A DNA stretch of 64,000 nt from Eledone cirrhosa (lineage: Eukaryota), in NCBI GenBank assembly GCA_964016885.1, contig OZ024742.1, positions 82,894,001 through 82,958,000 of the forward strand, given 5' to 3'. Of this stretch, positions 49,847-63,038 are shown piece after piece. The notes below the pieces were generated by a model that was given only the letters and a program-made list of their open reading frames with translations, had not been told where the DNA came from and did no database searches. The translations under genes were made by a program, and so were the position numbers. How positions within the stretch are numbered: position 1 is the stretch's first letter; each line of letters begins with the position of its first letter.

Positions 49847-51714
49847 ATGGTGTCTTAACTAGCTTACCACGTATACAGTGATTTTATTTGCCCTAGCTGT
49901 CAATACTGAAGGAAAATGAAAAACAATAAAGATAATAATAATAATAATGTGACAGTAATCGCAACAGTTAATTCTACTATTATTATGATTAATATCCTCG
50001 TTATTTCCATCATCATTATCTGTGGAAATAAAAACAATAACACCATTAGTTGCATTAATTCCATTTTTTTAGTTAAATCATGTGTTCTCACTGATGCTCC
50101 ATCCAAATACTCCACTCATACTAATTATGATTCAGTTATGAGGGAAAATAGGTATTCTCTGCTTCAAATTTCAAACCGTAAAACAATGTTCACCGATTAT
50201 TTTGTCTTTTAGTGATTAATATATTTGTTTGCATTTATGTTTTTTTAATTTATTCATGTATTATAATCGAGTCAATTGTGTATATGTATATTTTAAATTT
50301 GTTTTAAAAATATCATGTTGAATCTGAAATCCTTTGAAGACAAGAGAAAAATGTTATTTAAGATTTTAAAAAAAAACGAAACTAACTAGTGGAAGAGATA
50401 TTTTGCCATCGAGGTTGGATCCATCATTTTGAAACTGCTCTACAGATTTCATATGAGATATTATTTAATTCCCAATACAACAATAATAACATGTTATTCA
50501 AGGTGCAGAATAAAATCATCCTCACGTTTCTCATTCAAATTAGCGGTTAGATTCACATTTTCTTTTTGTGAACATTTGCAAACTAATTTTCATGTATTAT
50601 TTTGATTTGTTTCCGCTATAGGCTCATATATGACTTAGAATTAACCGCTACTATTTGAAAGACAAATTTGAGCCACTAGTTCAGTTTCCGTTTGATAAAT
50701 ACTTCTAAATTCTGATACAGAAATGTCATCCACACATCCAACACAAATACCACAATCATACACACACACATACGCATATACAGATGTATGTATATTCATG
50801 GTATTATTTTCGGCTGTTTTCATTCTGAATTTAAATTCCCCACGGGCTATTTTACCTTTAAGAATTTGGGGGTTGATATGTAGCTACCTATTATTGATGC
50901 AGCGCTTACACCTTTTACTTGCTATATACTGGCTGTTACGTTGTTGAATCAAACAAAAACTCAACTGCAATCAAATGCATACAGACATATTTTCTTTTGA
51001 GTATGCGGATTACTTAAAATGTTATAATGTTGGTACTTTATCTTATATTCCAATATAATCTTACTATTAAAGCTTATGTGTATTGTCAGTTATCAATATT
51101 CACTATATTAAAATTCCTAATTATCATTTACTTCGACACGTGTATCTAAAAGTGTAAACATAACCGCATTTATATAGATACAGTGAGGATCAGAAAGTTA
51201 GTCATTCTTGAGCTAAATATTTTCAATCCATTTTTTTTCTATATGTCGTATTGGTAATTTTCACATGCTGTCATTCTTAATTCTTTCTGTGTCTTTATGT
51301 AATAGGATAGACATAAAACAATATATATCAAATGAAACTTTGTGTATTATTAATTAATCCTATAAGCTCCAAGTTCCATCAAATTTTGGAGAATAATTTT
51401 ACGGATAGACTTCCAATGAAATAGTATTAATTAATTTTTCTGAAATTCTTTTTAATTTCCAAAATATATTAGCCACCTCACCCAGGATATGGAGAAATCT
51501 GTACTGATCAATTAGATTCTATCCTTGCGCCTTCCTATTGTACGATGAGGAGCTACACTCACTAACCTGTAAACTATATTAATTTCATAACGCTCGGTTT
51601 TGATGACAAATAGTATATTTCATTCTCACATTATATATGATCAAAATTAATATTTTTCTAATTAACAGATCCGCAAATTAGAATTTTTACTCTCTTTTAA
51701 TTTACCATTCATTA

Positions 51715-51900
51715 GTGGATGGGCAGTATCGGTAGAGGGTCGGACGCCATGCTTTGACGTATAGATTTACGGCCCTTGCCATTCTGAGTTCAAATCCCGC
51801 CGAGGTTAACTTTGCCTTTTATCCTTACTGGGTCGATAAAATAAAGTACCAGTAATGCACTGGGTAATTGCTGGCCTTGTGCCAAAAGTACAAACAATTA
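51715..51900 (+). mobile_element. tRNA-derived SINE
   Basis: Close match to 27088-27270, with B-box gagttcaaatcc. Confidence 0.88.
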
Positions 51901-52122
51901 TTATGCGAAGTATAATTAAGAAGTAGTTTGGTGTCTGGTGTTTATTGTCTCGTGCAGACGATGTTATTCTCCAAATAACGGTGACAGAATCAGATTCCTT
52001 GTAATGGAATTGTGAAAATGTATAGTTGTATGTCATATATATATAAACAATATCGTTTTCAATTGATATATTGTATATGTTTACGAAGTTTTTGCCTTAT
52101 TTACTGATTTCCTACATTAAAA

Positions 52123-52237
52123 ATTGTTTCTACTTTTGGCACAAGGCCAGCAATTAGCCAGTGCATTACTGGTACTTTATTTCATCGAGCCCGTAAGGAT
52201 GAAAGGCCAAGTTAACCTCGGTGGGATTTGAACTCAG
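52123..52237 (-). mobile_element. SINE fragment, opposite orientation
   Basis: Reverse complement of ~51782-51898. Confidence 0.85.
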
Positions 52238-52500
52238 AATAAACTACTGCTCTGTATACACACATACACTCCCTTATATTAACATACTTTTGCTCAAAGC
52301 TTTGTACTTGCATACACACACACTCATTTACTCACATATACACACACATTTCTTCTTAGCTTCGTACGGACGTATAATAACACACACGCACACAGACACA
52401 TGCACACATGTTTACGCACTGGGCCAGTTATTTTTATGTAAAGACATTCTTTCCAATTCCAACTCGCCCGTCCCCTCAATCTATCTTATTTCTCATTCTT

Positions 52501-52535
52501 TCTTCTGATGAAGGACTAGCGTCCGAAACGTTAGA
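52501..52535 (+). ncRNA. Minimal type I hammerhead motif
   Basis: UCUU-CUGAUGA-A-GGAC(uagc)GUCC-GAAA-CG-UU/AGA. Palindromic AACGUU; one A shorter in stem I than the paralogue at 32656-32691. Confidence 0.65.
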
Positions 52536-52629
52536 CCCTCTTCCTGCTGTATCAAGCATTAACCTAATATATCCCTTCCATATACTGTACCGATTGTGTT
52601 GGTATTTCTGTTTACCTTTTACATATATA

Positions 52630-53440
52630 TATATAGTGAGTTAGAAACTCAGAGAAGTCTCTTACAATTAAATAGCTCTAAGAAAACAGCATTTCCGAGC
52701 CGTGTAATATAAGTGAATAAACAAGAGAGATGAACACTAATATAAACATACATATATTTGAATCGTAAGGACCATGTTTGCTAGGGTGAAAAAATATTAG
52801 CTACAGCAATATGGTTTGTCAGACTTAATTTTACGTATTAAATTAAGAAAATAACAGGCTTATATTGGGCAATCGCCTGGTAACAACTAGACAGCTTCGG
52901 AAACTGTTTCGCAACATCTTAGTAAGTGAAGTCCACACTTTTCTATGCTCCTCAGTAGTTGTTGAGAAATTAGTGATCCTTCCACTTCTAAAAATATTAG
53001 AAGACTGAATTGTATGCGATAAGAAATATCGCATGTTTCTTCGGAACCCAGCTTGTCTCGAAATTCCATGCCGCTAATAATAGCAGCCTGGTTAACAGGA
53101 CATTCAAATTAGCTCCACATGATGGAGCCGACAGATATATAGTGAGTTAGAAACTCAGAGTAGTCTCTTACAATTAAATAGCTCTAAGAAAAAAGCATTT
53201 CTTTCTCAACAACTACTGAGGAGCAGAAAAAAGTGTGGTCTTCACTTAATAAGGTTTTGCAAAACAGTTTCCAAAATTATCTAGTTGTTACCAGGCGATT
53301 GCCCAATATAGGTCTGTTATTTTTTCTTAATTTAATACTTAACATTAAGTCTGACAAACCATATTGCTGTAGTTAGTATTTTTTCACCCTAGCAAACTTG
53401 GTCCTTACGATTCGAACACATATATTCGAATCGTAAGGAC
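52630..53440. mobile_element. Inverted pseudo-LTR pair (52757-52969 / 53201-53415) with a direct repeat (52630-52696 / 53135-53201)
   Basis: Visual alignment. Abuts the 5'-truncated PLE RT at 53445. Confidence 0.85.
52882..52963 (-). ncRNA. Full-size type I hammerhead ribozyme motif
   Basis: Minus strand: AACAACUA-CUGAGGA-GCA...UGC-GAAA-CAGUUU(ccg)AAGCUG-UC/UAGUUGUU. 8-bp perfect stem I, G10.1-C11.1 pair, stable stem III, GUC triplet. Confidence 0.8.
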
Positions 53441-53444
53441 CTGT

Positions 53445-56400
53445 GGACTAGGAGGGATTGGGCAGACAATTTCTACTTCGCCATGGGATCCACGGATTGG
53501 CCCAGGTGACGGATCGGGTGGGCCTTTACCTCCTTGACTATCTCCGAGCGGAAATGCCCCACCTAGGAGGCGGCGCTTACCGTGACGACGTCTTGTTTAC
53601 TGTGTCGCTCCATAATAATAGTATGGTAGAGAGGGTGAGGAAAAGACTTAACAAATTCTTCAAGAGCATAGACCTAAGTATAGTATTTGAAGAGAATTTA
53701 AAAATAGTTAATGTTCTAGATGTTACACTTAACCTCAATTCAGGACTCTTCCAAGCCTACCACAAACCCAACGAGAATCTAAACTATGTCAACGCAAAAT
53801 CGAACCACCCTAGAATAGTCACTAACGGTATTACCAAAAGTGTCTCTAGTATAATTTCAGGACTATCTTCCAATGTAGATACCTTTTAATAAGATCTCGA
53901 ATTACTATAATAGCGCCCTGGAATGTGCAGGGCATAGCGAGGGAATCTCATTCAAATGTCCTTTAAATAGTAGAAGTAACATTGCCCGCGATAGCTTAGG
54001 CCTAAATAGTGACACTCTAGTTAACAGCAGGCGGGATACGAGGGAGGATTCATATAGTCTTCATATTGTACTGCCGCCTAGTCCGAGTGCTGTTGGTACT
54101 AATAGAAACAGCCACCCAGGTACTAACACTGGGTCTGAGCAACGTAACGCCAGCGGAAACTCTAATGGTAACCTTAATTGTGGAACCGATAAAACTACCG
54201 TTGAACGCAGTATGGAACGAGGGTAGAGTAGGGGAATAGGGACAGGTGTAGCAGACGCATAGCGGATACAACCCAGCTATCGAAAGTAACCCCAATAGAC
54301 GCACGGGGGAGACACCGCCATGGAGACTTGGGACGATTCCGAACACAATCGTGACACCCCAGGACACCATCGACCCACAGGTAATTTCCAGTTACAATAG
54401 ACCAATAACTACTAGGGAGACAGGTAATTCTAATATAGTTAGTAGGAGCAAGAGGCATCGGATCAGAAAAGTCCTGTGGTATAATCCCACTTACTCCACT
54501 GGTCTGACCACTAGTATAGCTAAGCTTTTCTTTAGAGCCTTTGACAAATGCTTCCCTAGATCGCACAGATATAAAATATTCAATAGAAATACCATCAAGC
54601 TGTCCTACTCCACAACAAGTAACATAGCTCAGAATATAGCTAAGTTTAATTATAGTAGACTTAGGACAGCCAATGAGGGAATTAGGCATGGCAGGAACAA
54701 TGGCAGTTCTATTGAAGAACTGACTCATACACGTGAGGCGAGTCGGGTCTCCCCAACCCCAGGGAATTTACCAATAGAGCAGACTGGAACTGAGACCCGA
54801 CCCAAAGGTACCGTGGTAACATCCGGAACTACCCAGATCGATAGCAAAACATGTAATTGCAGAAGCACCGCCACCTGCCCCATGGCTGGGAAATGCCTTA
54901 CCAAAAACATAGTCTACGACTGTAAGGTCTCCACTCCTGATAGAACCTTTAGGTATGTTGGGGCAACTGCCACGGAATTTAAGGATAGATGGTATAATCA
55001 CCGCCATACCTTTAATAGATTAGATAAATAAAATCGCACGGCACTTTCGGATTTAGTCTGGAAGCTTAAACATCAGAATATATAGCACTCCTTATCCTGG
55101 TCCATAGTTTGTTCAGCCCAACCTTATAACGGCAGCACTGGCGTCTGCAATTTATGTATAGCTGAAACTTTTAATATTATTAGAGGCGGCCCCTATTAAT
55201 TAATAGAAGAGCAGATTTTTTTCAGCAAATGTCAACATAGAACCTCCTCCCTCTCTACCTTTGCCATAGAGTTCTCTCAATAAACGAACAGTCACACACT
55301 TAGGTAGTTAGACGTGTAAGATTGTTTGCGCACTTGCAAACGATACTTGACCTGTTTCCACGGAGTTCTCACAGCTGAGTGCTCCCTTTTAGAATACCTA
55401 GCTAGTAAATAGTTAGATTGATTACACACGTAGTTAGGACCGATTACGCTCTCTATACATAGCTCCACACACAGTACCCGTTTCCTTTAGACATTGAGCT
55501 CCCACATTTACGACTGTCACGTTCCTACCGACTGAACACTACACCAGGTTTTGATAGGTGATCATGGAGGACTCACTGTTACGGATTGAACAATAATACT
55601 GACACACCATTAATGCGCCCACACACATCCTTTGGATTTTACTGTCCTGTGTTTTCTTACTTCACCCTCTGTGTTGGATAACACACCTCCACTACTCAAA
55701 CAACTATCTTAAAAGCTCATTGGCCCATGTGACGGGAAATCGCACTTACGGACGCATTTACCCAATACCCAACCCTACACGGAGCCCTTTGCCGGCCCAC
55801 ATTGCAGTTACTTGCACGCACGGATTTGGTGACACGGATTCTCAACATGACAGCGGTACACAAGGTGTTCAACATGAGCTGATTGCTTGCTCTTTACATG
55901 GATGTGTATATGCCCGTACATACCCCCCCCCCCCCATTTTTGGGACGATTCGGATGTGTATATACCATAACACATACTTGAAGATATGGATGTTACAATT
56001 CGATCTATACACGTATAGCAGAACACTGAACTGAACTTACTTGTGGGTATGTGTGTGTGTGTATGTGTGTAGCTTTGGTTAACCCAATATTTCCAATTGC
56101 CATCGTCAAATTGAGATTTGACCGGCATAGCTTCTGTTTCTTTGTGAACTAACTTTCGGTGAGTGCTGTGTTGGTACATTCTTATATTTGTTTTTTTCTA
56201 GGACATCGCTTCGGTGTGTCTGAAAGTGTGTGTGTACCAACCCACGCTAATTCTACGGGTTTAATACTGTGTTGATGTGTGTATATATATGTATATATTT
56301 TTCTTTGACGTCGAGCCGATGTGTGTAGGTCTGGACTGTGTGTGTACCGACTCACTTTTAACTGTGACTGACTGTATCCCTACAGATTTGATTGATGTCC

Positions 56401-56650
56401 AGCGTCTTTTGCAGCTAATAGCAGTCGCCATGTCTCTGACTGACTGGTGTGTCTCCATATGAGGGAATGAATTCTGTGAGAGAACATCGTTATTTTTTCT
56501 CCCTCATATCAAGAATTTGAAGACAATTCATTTTCACCTGATGAAATCAGTGATAATCGATCATGGGTTCACAATCGATCTGTCTCTTATTAAAACATGT
56601 GTCGTGATTAAATGATTGGAATTTTACCTTGCCTTCCGATTTTCATTTTG
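53445..56650 (+). mobile_element. 5'-truncated Penelope-like element: RT, linker, GIY-YIG (CxCx5C; Hydra-clade-like) and long 3' region
   Basis: AMGS..AQVTD.VGLYLL...GGAYRDD...VNVLDVTLNL...YHKPN..LNYVNAKSNHP; RKVLWYNPTYS...KIFNRNTIKLSYS...CNCRSTATCPMAGKCL..NIVY...YVGAT..EFKDRWYNH...CNLC. Premature stops. Decayed HHR-like motif at 56534-56607; ends in (TA)n. Confidence 0.88.
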
Positions 56651-56709
56651 ATATATATATATATATATCCACGCAAATATATATATATATATATGTATAT
56701 TATGTTGTT

Positions 56710-56905
56710 ACCACACAACATCCAGCCCACACTGTAAATGTGGTTGTCGTTAGCATGGGTATCCGGCTTTAGAAAACCAGCCAGAAATAGTCCTATATGA
56801 GCGAGACACGGTCACTCGATCCAACTTGCCTCTAAATGGAAGATACTCGTTTAACCCCTGCTGGTATGGAAGATAGACGTTAAACGATGATGATCATGAT
56901 AATGA
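56710..56905 (+). mobile_element. SINE/RTE-type 3' tail fragment
   Basis: aacccctgctggtatggaagatagacgttaaacgatgatgat, ending in a (GAT)n-like tail. Confidence 0.45.
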
Positions 56906-57189
56906 TGATAGTAGGGTAATAATTTGGTAGAAATATCCACGATATAGAGGAACGCAAGTTCGCAGGGTGGGTTTTAATATGATTATTAAGGCCAGTTATT
57001 ATAACGCAGATGTACAAAAGAAAGTACGTTTCGTTGGGCTCGAGGTTCACCCTTTTAAACCTATGCCGGTGGAAAGGGACTGGAAATAGCTTAAATAAAT
57101 AAGGGAGATAGGAGACTGAACAAAAGAGGCTGTCCCGTGCTATGACACGGCCGTACGTCATAGTGGCTTATCAGAAAATATATCCTACT

Positions 57190-57660
57190 CACTTTCTTTA
57201 TAACATTAAATGCTAAATCCTTGAATACTAAAACTGATATCGGAAACACGTTTTTAGTCCTCAATGATACGCACTTCCCCCTACATCATAGATACTACCA
57301 GATTCTTAATGAACATACGTTAAAAATCCGACGATCCTGTGTCGGTGAAAGGAAATCACACCTAAATAAACATCATAGCCGCTACATGTATGGCTATCAA
57401 TGATGCAAAACCTCAGCGATAATATATGAAGCTGAAATTCTTTGTTAAATCAACACCATCAAAAGGAATCTAATATGAGGGTATATCCAAGTGTCATTTT
57501 AAAAACCGTTTCCTTAATTATGAAACTACCTCCAGATACCCAAATAAAAGGAACACCACTAATTTGGAGAATAAAATATGGCAGATCAAACACAAAATCA
57601 TAGAAATACCTCGTAAAAAGAAGATACTTCAATAATCATGATTATATGTAAATGGGCTCG
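57190..57660 (+). mobile_element. Old Penelope-like relic
   Basis: NTKTDIGNTFLVLNDTHFPLHHRYYQILNEHTLKI and FKNRFLNYETTSRYPNKRNTTNLENKIWQIK parallel the 36-kb and 54-kb PLE proteins. Confidence 0.65.
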
Positions 57661-58112
57661 AGGTTTGCATATACGACAACGACGAGGGATGGATGGGGGA
57701 TACTGAATGATCTGTACACCAACGATAGAACATTAAATACTCGCTTGGCTTCACTCATGTAGCACCTACAAAATAACAGGCCTTTACAGCAATAAACTCT
57801 ATTAACACTTATTCCGAAAATATTTGATTTTTAAATTATTCTTCATAAAATCTTAGCATTGTGCTAACCTCACCTTTTCCTTAAGTTGATCTACATAGCA
57901 ACTCTAGATACTGGGGTTGATCCTCTATGTCGGGTTCTCTAAATAAATTTGTTTCCATATTTTTCCTGTATTAACCATATTTGGCTCGCTTTCATAATTC
58001 CCTCCTTTACTTAAGCCATTTGCGGTTCTTTGCCACTGGTATAGATTGAAAACGTTTATCATCAAGACCAACGAAATGTACGTTCACTTGTAGTAACTGG
58101 CTTTATTAATTA

Positions 58113-58167
<55 letters not shown>

Positions 58168-58200
58168 ATATCTATCTATTAACACTTATTCCGAAAATAT

Positions 58201-59041
58201 CTGCTCGGTGAAACTCGAGGCGTAGAGGAAGACGAACTGGCCAGTCTGTTCAGTAGGACTTTCCGCCCGGGACCGATGGACAACTTCCAAAGGTCCCTGG
58301 CCTGGCAGTGCTACCGAGGAGCTCTACCAGTTCAAGACAAGCGCTACAGACATGGGCGCCCGGGCAGGGACCCTGCAAAAAAGATCTGTCCGAGGTGCGT
58401 GCGAGACGAAGAAACCGTCGCGCACCATTCATACACTGCCAGGGCGTCACTGACCTGTGGGGCTATGTAGAACGACTATTGTCGCGGGTGGGACCAATCC
58501 GGTTGACCACCGAGTCCATTGTCATGATCAAACCGCCACCCTCCTTCAAAAACGAAGGAGAGGCGGTTTTCCTTTGTGTGATAGCTATGGCAAAGAGGTT
58601 GTATGGTGGACAAGGTTGAAAGGGCTGAGGTCAGACACCTTTCTCTCCGGCCAATAACTGATTCTTTTTTTCAAATACCACTTTGGAAGAAGAATCAGGA
58701 TGGAGAGAGAGGTGCTGTACCCCAGCAAGTTTTATGAAAGGTGGGTGAAAGTGGCGAGAATGGCCCGAGTGAATGGGCCTTCTCTCTATATCAGCCTGTA
58801 GGTTGAGGAAAAGGAGGAGGAGAGGAAAGGAGTACAAACTCTTCGTACTGCTGGAGATGAGGGTTGCACATTTTTTTCGGTGGTATGTGTTACCCATATG
58901 AACTGTCTCCCCCTATTGGGGAAAATCGACTAATTTTTTAAATTGCATTTGTGATAACATTTTACACGTTTTTATTGTATGTAAACTTCCCCCTTTGTAT
59001 TTGTCCCCTTCTTTTGTGCCCCTGTGGCTAATAAAGAAACA
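58201..59041 (+). mobile_element. 5'-truncated L1/Tx1-like LINE 3' end inserted in (TATC)n
   Basis: DNFQRSLAWQCYRGALPVQDK.YRHG...ICPRC..DEETVAH (zf-RVT-like). The 3' UTR ends aataaagaaac. (TATC)n on both sides. Confidence 0.75.
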
Positions 59042-59059
59042 TATCTATCTATCTATCTA

Positions 59060-59090
<31 letters not shown>

Positions 59091-59093
<3 letters not shown>

Positions 59094-59280
59094 AACGAGT
59101 AGGACCCCGACGGCTGAGCTCAAGCGATTCCGACGGCTAATTCAGTCCAGAATTAGCCTTCGAAACGGCTTGAGCTCAGCCGTCGGGGTCCTACTCGTTC
59201 CTATTACCCACTCTACTACCCTAAGTATTGAGTACTTTGGTGCGTTATGGTCCACCTGGTTCCTTACAACATTTCCTTCG

Positions 59281-59282
<2 letters not shown>
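59091..59282 (+). mobile_element. Palindromic pseudo-LTR remnant (hairpin family A) in (TA)n
   Basis: Close match to 48080-48272. Confidence 0.88.
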
Positions 59283-59332
<50 letters not shown>

Positions 59333-60321
59333 TCAAACATGGTGGCTTCCAACTCTGTTTCGAGTACGGCCACTACTATATATCCATGTAGGAGAATCCC
59401 TACCAAGGCGCTGAAAGAGTGTGACTTTTTAGTCCAGCCAGCGACTTGAAAACTCTGGTACAAACACTACACTTGCGACAATTATTGACACATAGTGCTG
59501 GGCCCATGGTATCATGTGACGACAAGTGCAGAGAGATCTCCAGATATAAAGCAATGCCTGTGCCGTCAAGCTTTTATAGTGAGAAAGGCACTTAACCAAG
59601 ATGATATTTAAAAAAAAGAAGAAGTCAACATCATTGGATACATTCAGGTTTGCAGGTGTTATATCAGAGTTTTCCTTCTCCTAGAATTCTGCCTTGACAA
59701 AGGCTAAAGGGATTTTGGATAGCCATTGACTCTTAAGAGCTCCTTTGCCATTTGACAGGTTTTGTTTTTAGTCCTGCAGGATGTCTAAAGTCACCCTCCT
59801 CACCAAGAAACCTTGGTGGGGTTGCCAGTTTAGTCGCCAATGACCCTACCATGAGACCGGTTGTACTGGGATATATGTTACCAGTAGCACCAACTGGTGA
59901 CCTGACATAAACACACACACATACATATATATATATACACACATATATATACACATACACACAGACACACACATATATATATATGTTTTGCATTGTTCCT
60001 TTGAGCTTTCCATAAGTAATTTTGTTTATAAGATTTCTGTATGTGGATTATTTCACGGTATCACCTAATTCCAACTCAGTCAACGTGTGCATCAAAGTAT
60101 TTACCGCTATGTGAGATGATGCGTGCACTCTTTGACGTATTCCCCACATGTACTTATTTTGTATTTTTTACGTATTTCTTTGTGTACTCCTCGATGTACA
60201 GCATCATATGCATGCTTCTATGCACTTCCCAAGTATTTTTGTACAGTTTCTTTTCATATATGTGCGTACATGTGTGTGTGTGGGTGTGTGTATGTGTCTG
60301 TATATATATATATATCTATCT

Positions 60322-60356
<35 letters not shown>

Positions 60357-60380
60357 GATATATATATATATATATATGTG

Positions 60381-60421
<41 letters not shown>

Positions 60422-60535
60422 ATATATATATGTGGGTGTGTGTGTATGTGAGTAGGCCGGACTGACTACATATGTACGCGCATATATGTTTATGTATGTA
60501 CGGGCGCGCATATATGTGTGTATATATATATATAT

Positions 60536-60630
<95 letters not shown>

Positions 60631-60734
60631 TATATATATATGTGACTGTGTATGTATTGATATATGTATATCTGTGGGTCCCTTGTCTCGGAATGTCTGT
60701 ATATGTGTGCGCATACGTGTCTTTATGTGTATAT

Positions 60735-61235
60735 GTTTAGGGCGACGAGCAAGCCAGGGAGTGGCATGGCAGTTCATAACACTTCGCCCAAATTGCAGTA
60801 ATTCCTGGCCACAGAATTAAGGTGAGTAACAGCTCACGTCTGAATGGAAATGGTCAGTGGCCAGATTTCAAGCGTCAAATACACAGATGACGTCTCGACT
60901 ATCAACCAATGACTATCAACCAGTCGACGGGCCGCGCAAACAGAATTATGGCACATGATAGATATTCGAAGGGCCGGAGTCCAGCAGAAAGAGGATTTGC
61001 TTCGAAATCAATAGACGTTTCTGAGGAAGTTGCGAAACCAGAGTCGGGTTCGATCCGCATACAGATCGCACCTCAAGCTGTTCGTCGGAGAAACAATTGT
61101 AATATGTAATAAATTCTGTTCCGATGCATCACTGATTTTTCGTTTTGCATATTATTATGCTCAGCTCCGAAGAAGCATAGAGTACTCAACCGACATACTG
61201 CCTATGGACGCCTCCAACCTAACTTACTACAAATA
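60735..61235 (+). mobile_element. Non-palindromic pseudo-LTR of family B with a decayed long-stem-II HHR (60962-61105)
   Basis: The tail matches 40010-40150. atat-tcgaagg-gccggagtccagc...gctgttcgtcgga-GAAA-CAAUUG-UA/atat. Confidence 0.6.
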
Positions 61236-61279
61236 TATATATATACATGTATATATATATCTATATATATATATATATA

Positions 61280-61660
61280 TATTGGTAAACGGAATAGAAA
61301 ATGCTGACACATTGTTCACGGTGAAAAATAGTTTAATTAGGAATAAGTGAGAATTAGTAATTGTATTGGTTAGTATTCAGTTTTGGTTTTAAGTTTTACC
61401 GGTTGCGCATTTCTAATGCTTTTCAAAAATAATTTTGAGATAGAGCGTTCGTGATGTTTGCTCTGATCTGATTAGTTTTGAGAATTCTACCTGTTGTTAT
61501 GTTAAAAAGTGGCTCCAGCGGTATTAAAATAAGTTTTGGGGCAATTCGTGTTGCAAAAATTCTTGTGGTCAAAACAATTTTGATTGGTCGGTAGAGGTCA
61601 TGTGATTGTAAAAAAATGATTTTGCGCCAAATGTAGGTTTGTGTCGGCTGACTGAGAAAT
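61280..61660 (-). mobile_element. Pseudo-LTR-like sequence (family of 35085-35283)
   Basis: Shared ~190 bp; begins at (TA)n. Confidence 0.65.
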
Positions 61661-61679
61661 GACTCTTTCACAACAAATA

Positions 61680-61726
<47 letters not shown>

Positions 61727-61959
61727 TAGTAGTAGTAAAGTGTTCGTTGTTGTGATAATGGTCAGCAGGGATGTGTGTGCGAACCGCAGCCTGTTGACAG
61801 TTCAAATGCTCATTAAGACAAGTGTGTGTGTGTGTGTGTGTGTGTGTAGCAGAGTAATTCGTGGTAGAGGGATGGTCAGTAGGAGTGTGTCTGTAAGTAA
61901 GTGGGGGATATTTTAACATGTTAAAAGATATTTTTCAGCTCTTCTCTTATACGGAGATG

Positions 61960-62300
61960 TATAAGATAGAATGTATAGGATAGAATGTAACAAGTGCAAC
62001 CAATACTATATAGGTAGCACAATCCGGCCGTTGCACATCTGGATCAAGGAACACACTAAAACCAGGGCGTCGTCTTTCCGGAAACACATAGCCAAATGCG
62101 GAAACAAAGACGGAAGGCCCATTGTCACAATTGTAGCGACAGAAAGAAACGTCGGCACGTTACGTATCAAGGAAGCACTTTGTATCAAACGCCTAGGGCC
62201 ACAATTAAACAACCGATCCGAGAGAAGCCAAATGAGGTGGTTGGTTTAAGTTAATAAACGATTAAGCAACACGCGCACACACACACACAAGCGAGACAGC

Positions 62301-62337
<37 letters not shown>

Positions 62338-62956
62338 GCACTCCACCATACGAACATACTACACTGCCAATACAGAGGAACAAGGCAACAACACACGCAC
62401 ACACACACACACTCAAGCGAGACAACAACACACGCACACACACACACATAGTAACATTCAACAAACAGGGAGAGAATGGACTGACAGTTGGCGCCACCCC
62501 ACTCCCACAAGTGAAAGAATTACTTCGGCCGCTGACCACTGCCTGACCGACCCCATTTCACGCGCACGCGCGCTCTGCTGAATACCTCAGTTATTCAAAA
62601 AGACGAACAGCGGAGGACACGTTTCGCACCTTTCCGACAGACAAACTTTCCCCCATCCCGGAAAAAAACCCCAGTTGATAGATGTGAATCCGAAATATAT
62701 AGGGACAATTAAATCGCTCCCAAGGTAACTCTCTTTCGTGTTGTTATTTTTATTTTTATCCTTTACGCTCTTTCCTTCATTCCTCTACAAGTCATATACA
62801 CGCCACGCATCTCAACGTACAGCCACTTACATCTCTCTCTCCACCACCGGATCTTGTTACCCGGAGATTTACCCATTTGCATTGTCGAGGCTTCCAAACG
62901 AGTTGCAGAAATTTACCTTATTATTCCACAATGCTTCAAGCAAACTTCAATACCCT

Positions 62957-62960
<4 letters not shown>
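61960..62960 (+). mobile_element. Penelope-like element 3' end (GIY-YIG endonuclease ORF 61971-62249 plus 3' region)
   Basis: YRIECNKCNQYYIGSTIRPLHIWIKEH...SSFRKH...LRIKEALCIKRLGPQLN; ends in (TA)n. Confidence 0.85.

Positions 62961-63038
<78 letters not shown>

Noticed and set aside
50395-50450. FCHRGWIHHF resembling a pogo/CENP-B helix-turn-helix motif
   Set aside because: Too short, with no flanking transposase similarity or TIRs found.
51715-51805. SINE head as a tRNA gene
   Set aside because: A- and B-box-like motifs are present but there is no cloverleaf, and the sequence continues into the repeated SINE body.
61021-61045. CTGAGGAAGTTGCGAAAC as a compact hammerhead
   Set aside because: No pairable stem II and no convincing stem I.
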